Assembly: GCA_035084275.1 (NCBI GenBank)
Contig: CM068760.1
Span: 1,922,001 to 1,986,000, forward strand
DNA length: 64,000 nucleotides
Source: Hydrolagus colliei
Taxonomy: Eukaryota
Reading direction: 5' to 3'
A program made the translations under genes and the position numbers. Shown here piece by piece: positions 1-13,634 of the stretch. The first letter of the stretch is position 1. Each line of letters starts with the position of its first letter. The notes below the pieces were generated by a model. It did not search any database, was not told the DNA's origin, and was given only the letters and a program-made list of their open reading frames with translations.

Positions 1-2469
1 GTTAATAAGCAGTTTCCACTTGTTGGCGAGTGCAATCCCAGACATTATAATTACAAGACGCAGCTTTGGATCCAACAAGGAGTTTAGGAGGAACCTAGCC
101 AATGCAGAGTGTGGTGTCAGTATGCTAAAAACAAAAGAATCAATGTATTTAAGAGGAAACTTAATACGTACATGAGCGAGAAGGGAATATATATATATTG
201 ATTATATATATATAAGTATATATAATTATAGGGGACTAGGATTGTAGGAGCCTCATGTGGAGTGAGAACACAAAGTTATTTGGGGAGAGAATTGGTCAGA
301 TGCCTTGGGATACAACACTGGGTTTAAACCACCCTGTCCCCACTCCCCACAACTTGCAATTTCCGTGGAAATTAGCCGTGGAATGACTCAATCCTTCATC
401 CAAACCGCTCGCCTGATGTTCAGGCAAAACTGGACAAACGTCGGGGAAAGAAGATCACGAGCTTAAAGAGAGAAAAACCACCACAAGCTGTAGAGTAAGT
501 GGGGGAATAAAGGGATAGCTTCACCGCTCCACATTATTGGTCTGGTCTGCAGAGTCGGTTTTGATACCAACTGGAATCGTTTGCTGTGTGTTTTATATCC
601 ATTTGCCTATTGTTCTGCGTTCTCATTTTTCAATGGCCCCAACAATCCAGGAGGGATATTGCTGTGGGAAGAATGGCATTTTGGGAACATCAGGAAGCAC
701 AGGGTGTGCTGCTTTTGGGAAGGTTTGGAGCCGATCAGGCTTCCCTTTGCACAAAAGACAATCGCTGACCCCACATTGACCACGCAGTAATAATGAACGA
801 GGAAGGGAATCTGCATTCGCAGCTTTAAGGCGCTGGGTTTTGGAACACAATAAGATTCCCAACTCCTTTTTCCTGTCCCTACTTCTTGGAAAAGGTGCGC
901 GCTTCCAAGAAGACGGGAGAGGAAGAGGATTAACCTTTCGAGTGCCGGATGTCCCTGACCCGAGACCTCCAAGCCTATCAGGGAGCTGCCTGGGACGAGT
1001 GGTTTGATCTACGGGCAGAGACAGGAGGAAATGAGCCTATTTTCACCGGAACAGAGAAAACTGAAGAGACGACCGGATGGAGATCTTTGGAATAACAAAG
1101 GGTTTTTGATAAAGAGTCAATGGGGAAAAAATGATCGCCACCGGCTGGTGAGTCGGTTACTAGAGGTCATCGCCTTGAGGGAGCGAGGAAGGGAGCGAAG
1201 GAATTTGAGAACACAACAACACGCGGATACGTACACAGAAAATTAGGTCATTTGGAAACGCCAGGCGGCTTCGGTGGAGCCAGAAACGGCCTGATGCACG
1301 CGCAGCACAGGAAGCGACACTGATGGCAACCCGAATGCGGGGGCAAGGGCAGTCTTCTTTGGCACGGGGAGTAAGCGCCCTAGCCGCTCAGGTGAGTCGG
1401 GATTAGATGCAGCCGTAATCACCGCGCCGTAACAAAGGCGTCCGGATGTACAAACACCGGGGTAAACAGCGATGCGCAGCCGTTCACTTGGGTAATCGAA
1501 TACTCCCCGCCGACACCTCGAGAGTGCAGAGGTGCAGTTTTATCGCAAACCACACGCCGACACTTCTCGTGAGGAATGTTCGGCTCTGAGCTCAGGAATG
1601 CTCCCGGGCAGCTCAGGTCGTCAGGTGTGCGGCAGGTGACGGCATGTTTACTTCCCGTCACTCAGCTCCACGTCGCACAGTGGATGGGGTGGTGGGGGGG
1701 GGGGGGGGGTGGAAATCACTGCACGAGCAAAACAGCTCAGTTATCAGAGCGCTAGCCACCTCTGGTGAGGTCTGCCTGTCAACCGGGCTGGGCTGACGGA
1801 AGCCAAAGTGTTTAAAGCTAAACCAGCCAGCGATTGTCAGGACACAGTAGGGATTAAACAATGGGGTCCACCAGCTTCAATCGCATCTTCAGGCACTTCT
1901 GTTCACAAGTCTGAGGACTGTACACACCTGGACAAACTACTAATTGTGCTGAGGCCCACCCACAACTGCACAGATTCAGTGTTGGATATATACACACACA
2001 CACACACATGTATATATCACATACAAACACACACACACACACACACACCTAGGCTGGCTGAAAGCTGCCTGAAGAGCTGGATGTTTCTTCACAACAATTT
2101 GCCCTCACAACCGTGATCAGGAGCCAGCCAGGTTATGTACATGTTGTAACAAGCCGTGCGGTGTGGTGACTCACACCACCGGAAAGAGGCACAGTCCAGG
2201 ATTCCTCTAATCAATCCACTGTATTGCACACGCGTGGGGTTTGGTTAGGCAATCGTTCACCTGACTGGGATTTAAGAACGCAACTGGATGAGGGTATCTC
2301 ACCGTATCCCACCAACAGCCCACAAACTGCCCCTGTTCTCCACCACTCCTTGATTCCAATTCCCACAGCACGGGTCAGGATTCCCGACTGTCCAGCGCCT
2401 TGGGATGTCCTCCCGACGTGAAGGGCGCTGTGTAGACGTCCGTCATTTGTTGTTGCGACCACATAACCC

Positions 2470-2950
2470 CCACCCTCGCCCGTCTCCATTGGCTCCCCAT
2501 CCTCCAGAGGATCGAGTTCAAGATCCTCGTCCTCACCTACAAGGCCTTACACGGCCTTGCCCCGCCCTATTTAACCGATCTACTCTCCCCCTACACGCCC
2601 ACCCGGACCCTCCGTTCAGCAGGACTTGGCCTGCTCCAAGCCCCCCGCCCGAACCGCCCCACCATCGGAGGCCGGGCCTTCAGTGTCTCCGCTCCCACCC
2701 TATGGAATGCCATCCCTCAATCCCTCCGTTTCGTCTCTTCCCTTTCCTCTTTCAAGGCCGATTTGAAGACTTTCCTCTTCGATCGTGCCTTTTGTTCCAC
2801 CCCGAACTCTTTTACCTCCCCTTCGTGTTTCACCCCTTCCCAAACACTCCCCTCCCAGCTCGGGTCACACGCCTCTTGTTTAGCGCCTTGGGACGTCCTC
2901 CCGACGTGAAAGGCGCTCTATAAATGTAATTTGTTGTTGTTGTTGTTGCT
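2470..2950 (+). mobile_element. L2-clade LINE 3' fragment
   Basis: Degenerate ORF2 C-terminal sequence (LHWLP, FKILVLTYKALHGLAP) and tail CAGCGCCTTGGGACGTCCTCCCGACGTGAAAGGCGCTCTATAAATGTAA-(TTG)n shared with many copies in the window. Confidence 0.8.
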
Positions 2951-4519
2951 GAGCGAGGGGGGTGAGGCTCGTGAGGCGACAGTGAACATTGGCCCGGCGC
3001 TGTGTGTTTATAACTGACATCAGAAACGCAAACGCACACCGCACGTCAGGAACCCAGACTGGGTGGCACCTGGTGTCGAGGTTTCTGTTAACAACGAATC
3101 TGCGCACCGACTGTACAAAGGTTGCGCGGACCTTTCTTTTTGAAGTGAAGGAAGCCTGAAGCTCGCAGGGCATTGCGTCTGGCAAAGAGCGGGTGGGGGT
3201 TTAAAAACAACAACGCACACAAGAAAAAAACAAGTCACGTGGTGAGCAAAGGTGCCAAATTCAACCTCAACTGAGAGTTCATTACTTGTCCCATTCTCAG
3301 TGAGAGGAGGGGGTGCGGGGGGGGAGATAAGTGGGGTCTCCTCAGACCTCAACGGCGTGATAAGCGCAAGGATCTTTATCGATTTATTTTCTTGCCTGAT
3401 ACAGACTAAACACCAGGCTCCCCCCCCCCACCCTGCCCATTTCCTCTCTTTCCCCACCCCCACACAATAATTTAGGTCATCTCAATAGCAGTTACAGGAT
3501 ACGCTGAGGTTCCCATCATTTACATGACAAGAGTCAAATCAGTCAGACATCTCTAACTCAGACATACACTCGGAGGAGGGGAAGTTATTACACAGAACTC
3601 TCCTGCGAGCCACATCGGCATTTTGCAGATACTGTAAAGCCAAACCTCAGTCTTACTAACGCAGCAGAGCAGCTGCTGATAAAGCTCGTGGGTTTTCATA
3701 CCCTCATTTGGTATTTCCTTTATAGCACCTGGAGCCCTCATTACCCTGTAGCTGTCAAAGAGACCGAGAGAACGTAAACACAGCCTTTGGTAACAATTGG
3801 CCCACACACATTTCTGACTGTTCAGTAACTAGCTCTGCTATGCCCCATACAGACCTAACCCAATGAAGCTCTAAGAGCCTTGAGATGAAGTCTCTCTCTC
3901 ATCAGTTAGTGTTAGTTAGCAACTCCCTATTCACCGGAAAAGCAGCCATAACTTTTCCCAAAGTCATGCGCTGACATGAACCAATAATTCTCAGAAAAAC
4001 AGACATAATGGCAAATAACTCCACCTCCACCTTACCCTCTGTCCCTACCCCACTCAATCAATTAGCCACGTCCTCCACTCCACCCCCAACCCCTTAAACA
4101 TTTAAAGACTGGGACACACGCAACAACAGATAAGCATTGAGAACAGGGAGGAACGAGGAGGGAATTAGTCAGATTGTGTGTTTACATTTCCACCGACTAC
4201 CAAATTATGTCACTGGTCAGTTGTTCGATGACTGGACAATCCCATTGCTGTCAGGTACAACACCCCGATTGAAAGTCATGCGTCAGTATCAAGCTTATTC
4301 AAATTAGACTTCAGTCGATTGCACAACTAATAATGCAAGGACTGAAAGGCACTACTTTAGTCATCGAGATTCCTTGCGAAAGGATCTTCATATCACTTGG
4401 GTGGCATTCTGAGAAGTGGGTGTCGTCAGCCTTCAGATGAGAGATTAAAACGAGCAGATCAATTTGCCCCATTCAGGTAGGGAATAAAGATTCCGTGGCT
4501 CCAAATACTGTAGTAGTAA

Positions 4520-4810
4520 CAATAGCAATAATCCTTGCATTTGATACAGCGCTTTTCAGATCTTCTAGACGTCTCAAAGCGCTTCTCAGCATATACTGTA
4601 AAGTGAGTTGATTGTATATTTGTGGGCAGACCGTGGCAGCCAACTCTGCTCAGCAGTGACCCACAAACAGTCATGGATTGAAGATGACCAATATATTATC
4701 ACAACGCCGAGGGATTATTAGGTGTAAGGAAACTTGGCCAAGGTTTTGCACTGCCTGGAATCGAGCCCAGGTGTTTTGCTTGCAAAGTGAATGCTCTAAC
4801 CACTGAGCGA
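4520..4810 (-). mobile_element. tRNA-derived SINE, diverged copy
   Basis: Same head/core/tail layout as 7513-7842 and 42693-43010. Confidence 0.75.
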
Positions 4811-5376
4811 AAAAGAGAAGGGGGAGTTTTTCTCTCTCTCTCTCTCTCCCCCAGTGTCCTGGCCAGCAATCCCCTAGATAACATTGGTCATTCACTTCAT
4901 GACTGTTTGTGGGATAGCGCTGTGTACTGATGTACAAAAGACAACCTCACGCTCGTATCCTGTAAAGTAACTTTATAGTTGTATGGATTTGACGATGTGA
5001 TGGACGGCGCTTAAATCAAACGCAGGAATTATTACTACAAGTGATAAATGGAGGGTGTGGGCTTTTTACCCAGTCCCCAACACCTTCTCCCCCCCCAATG
5101 AGATTCAAGTACTGTGCGCACCAGGAAGCTGAATTACCTCCCTTGTGCTTCCCGCCCCTGTTCCGCGCTCTCTCTCTATCCAAGGACAAAAACAAGACCG
5201 TCCCATCCCCAAACAGGAAATCAACTCCAATTTTCCACAGAGCGAAAACCCTCAGAGACTCGAACGTACCAATGTGTTTTTTTTTTACTGAAATCTCCAT
5301 CGAGTTACTGATAAACAATAGGGTTGAAAAGTCCAAAGAGGTTCACAATACACAGTCCCCATGGCAGGTACAACCA

Positions 5377-5415
<39 letters not shown>

Positions 5416-7512
5416 GTCCAAACTTTGGTGACATTCAAGAAACGTAGTCTTTGTCCTCTCCATGCACAAAGACCACATTTTTGCCTTCACTGAGGCGTGA
5501 GAGAAGCAAGTGTTGTCATGAGCCTCCGCTCAGAGCTTTCTCCCAGCGTCGCTGTACACGACGGTGGCTGCCTTGGCCCGGGTCTGATTCCAACCCCCTT
5601 TACACAGCGTCGCTGGGCAACCAGAGGAGGATTCCTTATTCGCGACACAATTGAGCTGGGCAGAGACACGGCACTAATTAGTCTGGGAAACGAGGTCCGT
5701 TTCGAGGCCTTTCTCACTCGCTCAAGCTTGAAAGCCTGGGCAATGTCGAAACGGTCGCCTGAACAACGGCAACAACTTGTATTTATATAGCGCCCTTCAC
5801 GCCGGACGGCGTCTCGGAGCCCTTGGGGACGCAGCACTGGAGAGAGCAGGCAGGCCCTCCCTCCCCCACAGCCAGCACATTCACTGCGAGACACTCGTCT
5901 GCCAGGCTTGGCAACGTATCACACAAAGTGTTCCTGAGCTGAGCAGCTCAAGAACACTTTGGCTTTGGCTACGTTGGATCCTTGGGTATTGCTGACTCGG
6001 ATGCTCTAACCCACTGAGCACAACACTCAGCTTAACAGAAGACGTTTTGTTCTCCAAAGTCACCCGCCTTCAACCACCGAGAACCGCCGAGATTAAGATA
6101 CAGCACGGGTTCGGCGAGAGGTAACTTGGGAGCCAATAATCTCCCCCCCCCCCCCCCCACCCCCCCACACTCCCCCCTCCCCACCCCCACTCCCACCTCC
6201 GACCCCGCCGCCAAACAATCAGAGTGAAACTGAAAGACAACGGGACAATGGGACTGTTTCGCTGCCCACACCCAATCCAGTCCCCAATGAGGACGGTGGG
6301 AAATAAGTTCAACACGACTCTGAAAAGAGTCTGCAACGTAAACGAAAATTCCCGAATAAGATACGTAGGGATACACCTTAGATGTGCTTCATATTTTCCA
6401 ACATTTTGAAGAGAACTGAATGTCCTCAACACCACAATGTTCTTTTGTTGAGTCTCCGTTGGCTGCGTTCCCCACACTGAGAGACCTCCCCATAAAGGTC
6501 ACCCAATGCTGGGAGCAGCAAAAATCAACTCCAGCTATAAATACATGGGGTGGAAGGAGCGACCAAAGTACTTTGTGAACAGAGGTCGAGCTTAAGGATC
6601 GGTCCTTTCACACAGATCCCTCCCCCAGCAACCAACAAACAAGGTGTGGAGGCTCTGATGGAACCCAGACTTTGTGTTTTACAAACGGCTTGAAACGATC
6701 GTGACCAGCGTTGTTTGGAGTTGTCGAGGTCTCAAAACTAGAATCCTAACTCTTTAGCACTTTTGGAATCATTTCCTTCCCTCGGACTTGGGCCACACTG
6801 TGGACCAGAAGCTGCGATTCTCTCTTCCATCCCGGCCTCGTCATAAAGACCCGGCTTTCTAGACGTTTCTGTCAAGCTGTCGCTGCGCAGACGCCTGTTT
6901 GCACTCAGGAAGCTGCGTGTGGTTTGGTTAAGGACACGTCTCGGCTCCGAGCGCGTCTACCAACCCAGCAAATGTGCGAGGGTTACTCGACTCTCTTTGT
7001 CAACCTTGTGGTTTTTATTTTTTTGAAACCAAAAAACGAGGCCGAGGAGGAAATGAACAGTAATTGCTTAACAGGCTTTGCTTCAGCAACAGTCAACCAA
7101 TCCTACACAGAGAGTGGACCAACAAGTGGAATGGATGACTAGGGGGACAGGGTTCTGGGGGGAACTGGACAGACACTGGGGACGTTTGAAAACGAGCTTC
7201 AATGCTGAGTCGGGAGGACACAAGGGTTGGGTTCTCAAAGGGTGCCAACGGTTCAACGACCTTCACCTGAACCTCATTTGCGAAACTTGGATCAAACTGG
7301 GCGTCAGCCTTTCTCAGTTGGCGGCTCTCAGCAGAGACGGAAGGTTGTGGGTCCAACCCCCCCACATCAGAACTTTGAGCTCACAGACTAGGCTAGTGAG
7401 GGCTGCACACTGACTGAAAGAAAACATCAAACCTGCCATTATACCTGTGTGTGTGTGTGTGTCGGTTCGGGTGGATGTGAAAGATCCCTTGGCTCCGTTC
7501 GTCTTGGCCGGC

Positions 7513-7842
7513 AATAATCCTTGCATTTTGATATCGCGCTTTTCACGTCTTCTAGACGTCTCAAAAGCGCTTCACGAGTACACTGTAAAGTCAATTGACT
7601 GTATATTTGTGGGCGAAACGCCGCAGCCGATTGCGCGCAGCAGCGTCCCCCGCACAAACAGTCATCGATTTGAAACGATCAATTTAATACAGGTCTTTTT
7701 TTGAGGGATTATTATCAGGCGTGTGTGCGTGTGTGGAGTAAGAAAACTTGCCCAAGGTTTCGCCCACTGATCTGCCTGAATTCGAACACGGGTCTCACGC
7801 TTGCAAGGCGAGCGCTCTAACCACTGAGCCACAGGAGCTCCA
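7513..7842 (-). mobile_element. Full-length tRNA-derived SINE with Deu-like core and L2-like tail
   Basis: Minus strand: A box GGCTCAGTGGTTAGAGC, B box GTTCGAATTC, core GGACGCTGCTGCGCGCAATCGGCTGCGGCGTTTCGCCCACA, tail AAGCGC..ATCAAAATGCAAGGATTATT. Confidence 0.85.
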
Positions 7843-8122
7843 CAATCCTCCAGATACAACTGATCACTCCTTGAGACGTTGCAACGCGGAATAAACACAA
7901 GGGTTATCAGTGTTTGCTTAAAACAATATCGGGTAAACATCCATTATGGGAGGCAAAAAAAAAAAGCTAATATTTTAAATTCAACGCAACAACAGCACTA
8001 GTATCTGGATGATAGACTAAGTCACTCACTCGTCACCACTTGATCTGAAGTTAAGTCGTGTCCAGCAGCTCACACACAAGACTATTAACCCATTCGTTTA
8101 CAGAAAGCACCGTTGAAGTTAC

Positions 8123-8160
8123 CTGACAACAGCCCAGTCCGCCCCCCCTTCCTCCTCCTC

Positions 8161-8191
<31 letters not shown>

Positions 8192-8272
8192 GCGCTGGTT
8201 AGTCTGGTGACCACAAAGGCGGCAGCAGAACCAGAGGTCTCTCCGGGGGCTTCCTGCCTCGCTCTCCGCCAT
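8123..8272 (-). CDS. Candidate alternative first coding exon inside NHERF1 intron 1 (50 aa, Cys-rich, poly-Gly)
   Basis: TAAATGGCGG start context, 150 nt open frame, donor CAG|GTAACT in phase 0 (same phase as exon 1), CpG-rich flank at 8273-8700. No homology support available. Confidence 0.4.
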
Positions 8273-9984
8273 TTACAGTGAACCTTTCACGTCACTGTGT
8301 CCCAGCGCCGCCGAACTCCCCGAGAGGCCAGATCCCGCCGCCAGACAGTCAAAGTACCACACGGGTACAGAGCGCTGATACCGGATGTCCCTGCCTCCCC
8401 GCAGCCGAGAGCGACAACACAACACACCATAGCAGGCGACTCGCTTCGTTTACCACAGGGATTCAGAGCCTCAGACGACTTCTACACCCTCCTCCCCCCC
8501 CCCCCCCCCCCCACCACCACCACCACCACCACACACACCCGCTCCGTCACCAACCAGGCTGCGAAATCAGGCACTCGGTTTCCATCCAGGACACAGAGCA
8601 ATGAGAGCGATCACTGTGTTGTCAGTCTGGCTCGGCTGTTTACCTACTCGCCTCCCCCGTCCGTTTCATTGTCGCCTAGTGAGAAATTTGAACCGAGGGC
8701 CTGTTCGGGGACATTAAATGATCCTCATCGTGGCACTATTCGTGGTGAAGAAGAAGAAGAAGAAGAAGCAGAAAAAAAAATCGAGTTTCTTTCTCTCTGC
8801 CTCACAACCAATTCCCCCTCGAACAAAATGGATTCTTCAGTTTGTTGGGACGTTGCTGTGTGTAAATCGACCGCCGTGTTTGCCCACAAAATACACACAT
8901 TCGATGTATTTATACACAATATCGGATTGCTATGAGATATTGTCGCTCACTAAACGGGGAGTCGCAGAAGTCCAGACCCGCTTCTCAGACATACGCCCGG
9001 ATGCGCAGGAATCATTCAACAGCAACAAGGATCCTCCTCTCTGCCTGATCCACCCTCTCCTCCACACACCGAGGCCGGTCACTTACTGGAAAGTTCAACT
9101 TCCTCAGTGCAGTTTCGCCCACAAAATATACACTCAATTCGCTTTACAGTCTATTCTGTGATGTGCTTTGAGACGTCTAGTAGATGTGTTGAGGCATTAC
9201 GTCAAATGCAAGGATTATTGTTGTTGTTATTATTATTATTATGGCCAGATCTGCGCTGAGAGAGTAGCGCAAATATGAATGTAGGTGATGAATGGGCTTA
9301 AGTCTCCTGGTTTTGGGGACAGGGACGGGGGGGGGAAAGGTGCCGAGAGGAATGAAAGAAAATCAAATTCAAGCAGAAAAACTGATGACTTTCCAAGGTC
9401 TCCCAGTTGGAAGCGGAGCTAATGGGAGATTGGGCAAGGACTGGTCGGGGTTAGATTGCAGGGCCTCCCACCCTTGGCTCCACAAACACCAACTGACAGA
9501 ACATTGCCCAGGGAGAGATGACAGGGAGTAGAGTGACAGGATGGTGTGTGTGTGTGTGTGTCAGCGTACGCCCAAGACACAAGCATTCAGGAGTGTAGGA
9601 GAAGGGAAAGCTTAGGGTTCAGAAGTTCCTTGTAGCCTCAGCAGTGGAAAAGCACATGAACACCTCGGGGCTCGTGTGCAAAGTCAAAGTACGGCACAGT
9701 CTGTTAATAGTCAACAGCATCCGAAATTTAGAAGGCAAAAGTCAGCATCCTAAAGACACTTGAAGCACTTATCTCTTGAAATATTGCAACGCACACACAA
9801 AAACATCTCAAAACAATTCCCGTCGAGGACAAGGAATGTGGAGGGGAGGAGGGCAAGAAATTCAGTGCAGCTGGCCATTCAGTCAGTCTCGTTCCCACAC
9901 ACTTAAGAGATCATTTTGCTCTCCCTCCCTCTCTCTCTCCCCGTTTCACACCAACCAGGAAAGAGAATCCCTGGTGGCCTGTGT

Positions 9985-10372
9985 AATAACAATAATATAA
10001 TAATAATAATCCTTGCATTTGATATAGCGCTTTTCACGTCTTCTAGAATAAACTGTAAAGTGAATTGACTGTGTATTCTGTGGACGAAGCGCGACAGCCG
10101 ATTGCGCACAGCAGCGTCCCCTCCACAAACATTGTTTTTTTGGNNNNNNNNNNNNNNNNNNNNNNNNNNNNNNNNNNNNNNNNNNNNNNNNNNNNNNNNN
10201 NNNNNNNNNNNNNNNNNNNNNNNNNNNNNNNNNNNNNNNNNNNNNNNNNNNNNNNNNNNNNNNNNNNNNNNNNNNNNNNNNNNNNNNCCAGGGTTTGGCT
10301 CCTGACCTGCCGGGAATCGAACCCGGCCTCTCGCCTGTCAGATGAGTGCTCTAAACCACTGAGCTACAGAAC
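9985..10372 (-). mobile_element. SINE spanning the gap (duplicated at ~14900-15350)
   Basis: Tail and core left of the gap, tRNA-like head right of it. Confidence 0.8.
10144..10287. other. Assembly gap
   Basis: Run of N. Confidence 1.
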
Positions 10373-11634
10373 ACAGCTACCCCCTCCCCCCCTCCCCCCC
10401 CTCCCCCCCCTTTCGTGCCTATAACACCCCACCCTCCTGGCTATTAGGTTGACCTTCTGAAACCTCTTCGGCAGCGGCATTAACCTTTGGACTTTGGAAG
10501 CAGAACATCACCCGGGGAAAATAAAATGCGGTTTAAGCATTCGCGTGGGGGCCAGTCACACTCCAGGTCATTTCATCATCTCCATTAAAAGGATTAAAAG
10601 TTCTTAAAGTGATCAAAACCGCATTGAACTCTATTCCAAGCAACCTCATCCTAATCTGTTTACACTGACAGGTTTACACACAACATGGGATCATGTACAG
10701 ATCCGTGCGAGGGAGAGATTAGCCGAGCGTTCACCTTTAGAGAGTTTTATCCCTCGCTCTCGGGTACAGGGTGGGGGTGGGGGAGAATGGGGGTAGAGTG
10801 GGAGGGGGGAGAGGGGGGGGGTGATTCAGCCTCTATTAAGGCGGTTATCAAGCTAATATAGGGTTTGCTTCGTCCGCACACAGGAAGGCCATGACTGAAA
10901 TTGCAACTTGACCTTTAATACAGAGAGAGAGAGAGGCCCTGTGGTCACTGCAGAAAGCAACACAGCAGATATTCTATTTGGTGGAGAAAGAAGGGCTGGG
11001 AGGGGGGGGGGGGGGTGGGGAAGAGGATGGGAGCCAAGGCAGTGGGATGTGTGTGTGTGTGTGTGGGGGGGGGGGGGCTCCAGTTATCCGAGGAAACTTA
11101 AAAATGTATTAAAAAAAATAAAAGCGATTTTACTTTTTTTTAATTATTAACAGTGCAAATGTGTTATTATTGACAATATTATCCCTGAATTATTACAACA
11201 GGAATCCAGTCGTCGTCGTCGTCCCACCCCCCCACACACCCCCAGATCTCACTACTGCTAAACTTTCACATACACACCCACTTAACAGGAAACTAATCAG
11301 CAAGTCCCAGGGCTCTTCGAAGAGCAGCCTCAGAACAGCGGCTGGGGAGAGGATCTGGCTCTCACAGGAAGACACATCCTGCCGTGAGACTCTGAGCTCT
11401 GACCCCCCCCCCCCCCCTCAGGCAATAAAACAAACAGAGGGATAAACAGGGTTGAGAAGAGAACCGAGTGAGCTCCCAAACATGGAGTGTGTGTGTGGGG
11501 GGGGGGGGGGGGGGTTACTCTGCAGAACCCCTTCACTCCCGTGCGGCGTGAGTCCATTTCCTTTGGGTTTCAAAGTTTGCTAAAAGAACAAGACTCTGTA
11601 GGGACCAGGGATGGTTTGGTTTGACTTTTAGCTT

Positions 11635-11880
11635 CTCCCTCCTAACCCTTCTCTCCCTCCCTCCCCCCTCCTAGCCCTTCTCTTCCCCCCCCTCCTAACC
11701 CTTCTCTCCCCCCCCTCCTAACCCTTCTCTCCCTCCCTCCCCCTCCTAACTCTTCTCTCCCTCCCTCCCCCCTCCTAACTCTTCTCTCCCTCCCTCCCCC
11801 CTCCTAACCCTTCTCTCCCTCCCTCCCCCCCCCTAACCCTTCTCTCCCCCCCTCCTAACCCTTCTCTCCCTCCCCCCGAC
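11635..11880. repeat. Pyrimidine-rich minisatellite, unit ~CCTAACCCTTCTCTCCCTCCCTCCCCCT (second copy ~16595-16860)
   Basis: About 10 tandem units of ~21-28 bp. Confidence 0.85.
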
Positions 11881-12004
11881 CCTCCCCCCCCCTCCCGGTG
11901 TGAAATGCGCTATACAAGTGCAATGTTGTTGACTATGGGAGCTCAAGGAGCTACACTGGCGCTCACACCGGGGGGGAGAGGGGACCACCGAGAAGCCACC
12001 GTCG

Positions 12005-12152
12005 GGTGGGGAGGGGGGGCAGTGGAGGGGAGGGGTGGCAGGGGGGGGAGGGGTGGCAGGGGAGGGAGGGGTGGCAGTGGAGGGGAGGGGTGGCAGTGGA
12101 GGGGAGGGGTGGCAGGGGGAGGGAGGGGTGGCAGGGGAGGGAGGGTGGGGGA
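12005..12152. repeat. G-rich minisatellite (GGGGAGGGGTGGCA-type); much shorter in copy 2 (~16985-17036)
   Basis: Tandem ~19-bp units. Confidence 0.8.
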
Positions 12153-12797
12153 GTGATCCAGATGGACCTCAGTGTCTTGTATCTCCTGGTGAGTTACCAG
12201 ATGGTTATATGCTAGACGTGGAGGGGGGAGGGGGGCGCAATGCGGGCGGGTTTTTTTTTTTGGGGGGGGGCTTTGGCGACGAGGACACCGACCAACGGGG
12301 CGGAAACAAACCGTCTGCTCTCTGCAGGTCGAGCCCAGAGAGTGGCTGATCACCCCCCCCCCCCCCTCCCCTCCCCCCCCCCCCTCCCCTCCCCCACAGA
12401 GGTAATAGAAACTCAGTCCACGTCCAGCCTCGAACCCTCCTGATGACTCGACTCACAAATGGATGAAACTTAAACAAGAACAAGTTCAGTAAAACAGAGG
12501 GAGGGAAGCGGGGAGGGAGGGGAACGACTGTTTATTTTGTTTTGCAAGCATTTTGAGGCAGAATCTGTCCCTCTATTTGAAGTTCGGATGTCCCGGGGAG
12601 GTCGGACTTTCGTGTTTTTTCTTTTTTAATTATTATTTAAACAAAAAAAAAGGCTTTGAACCAGAAGTCTGCGATTGTTGTTTAGATTATAGTCTGTGCA
12701 GAGCCAGAGAGGAGGTGACCCACCGCTCAAAACCTGACCTATTCTTTCCTACAACCCACCCCCGCCGCGTTCGGCTTCAAAAGATCAGAACATTTGC

Positions 12798-12830
<33 letters not shown>

Positions 12831-13603
12831 GCAAACACACACAGCTGGGCTGCGAATCAATACAGACCCACACAAAAACAATATGGTAGATTAAATAGAA
12901 AATACAGACGCCTCGGTTTATCGGCCGGGGGGGGGGGGGGGGTGGGGGGGGGGTTGTTTATCTGGTGCCAGAAGTGTAAACAATCAGAGCGTCACATTCA
13001 GGTCTTGACAAGATAATTAAGTGATCCGATTGGCAACGACAACATCATGAATTTTACATTTGCGCTCAGTAGCATCAGAGGAGAACAACGCCACCGACGA
13101 TCACTGGAGTAAACATTTCCCTTCCTCCCCTCTCCCTCCCCCTTTCCCTCTCCCTCCCTCCCTCTCCCCCATCCACCAACACCCCCCTCCCCCCCCCCCA
13201 GTTTCCACCCGGCCTCCACCAAGGTGCCAACTCAAATCGAGGTGTGAGAATCTGATTTGACAAGAGACCATCTCTCGCCCAGCTCGGCGTCTGTAACTCC
13301 AACCTCTCCCCGCAAGATGTTCTGCTCTCACGTGGACACACTTTGATTATAATTTTTTTTGTGGGGGGGAGGGGGGGGGGGAGATGGAGAAGAGTACAAT
13401 TCAGTACAACAACTTGTATGTGTTTAGTGCCCTCCACACCGGGCGGGCGGAGTGTCAGAGCGCGAGTTTGGACTGGGGTCTGTGATGAGGAGAGGAGAGG
13501 GGCGCTCTGGGACGCTATCCGGTGTGAGGTGGGTGGGGGGCGCTGTGTAAATGTGTGTAGTTGCTGAGATACCGGTTGGAGCAGAAATCTGCTCACTCGA
13601 GTA

Positions 13604-13634
<31 letters not shown>

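Noticed and set aside
1751-1770. CTCF-like motif
   Set aside because: Alignment to CCASYAGRKGGC needs several mismatches.
7770-7842. tRNA-like sequences here and at ~10300, 20750, 22740, 42693
   Set aside because: They are SINE heads joined to core and tail, with no intact acceptor stem; not tRNA genes.
11635-11880. Interstitial telomere
   Set aside because: Only single TAACCC hexamers per unit, never tandem TTAGGG.
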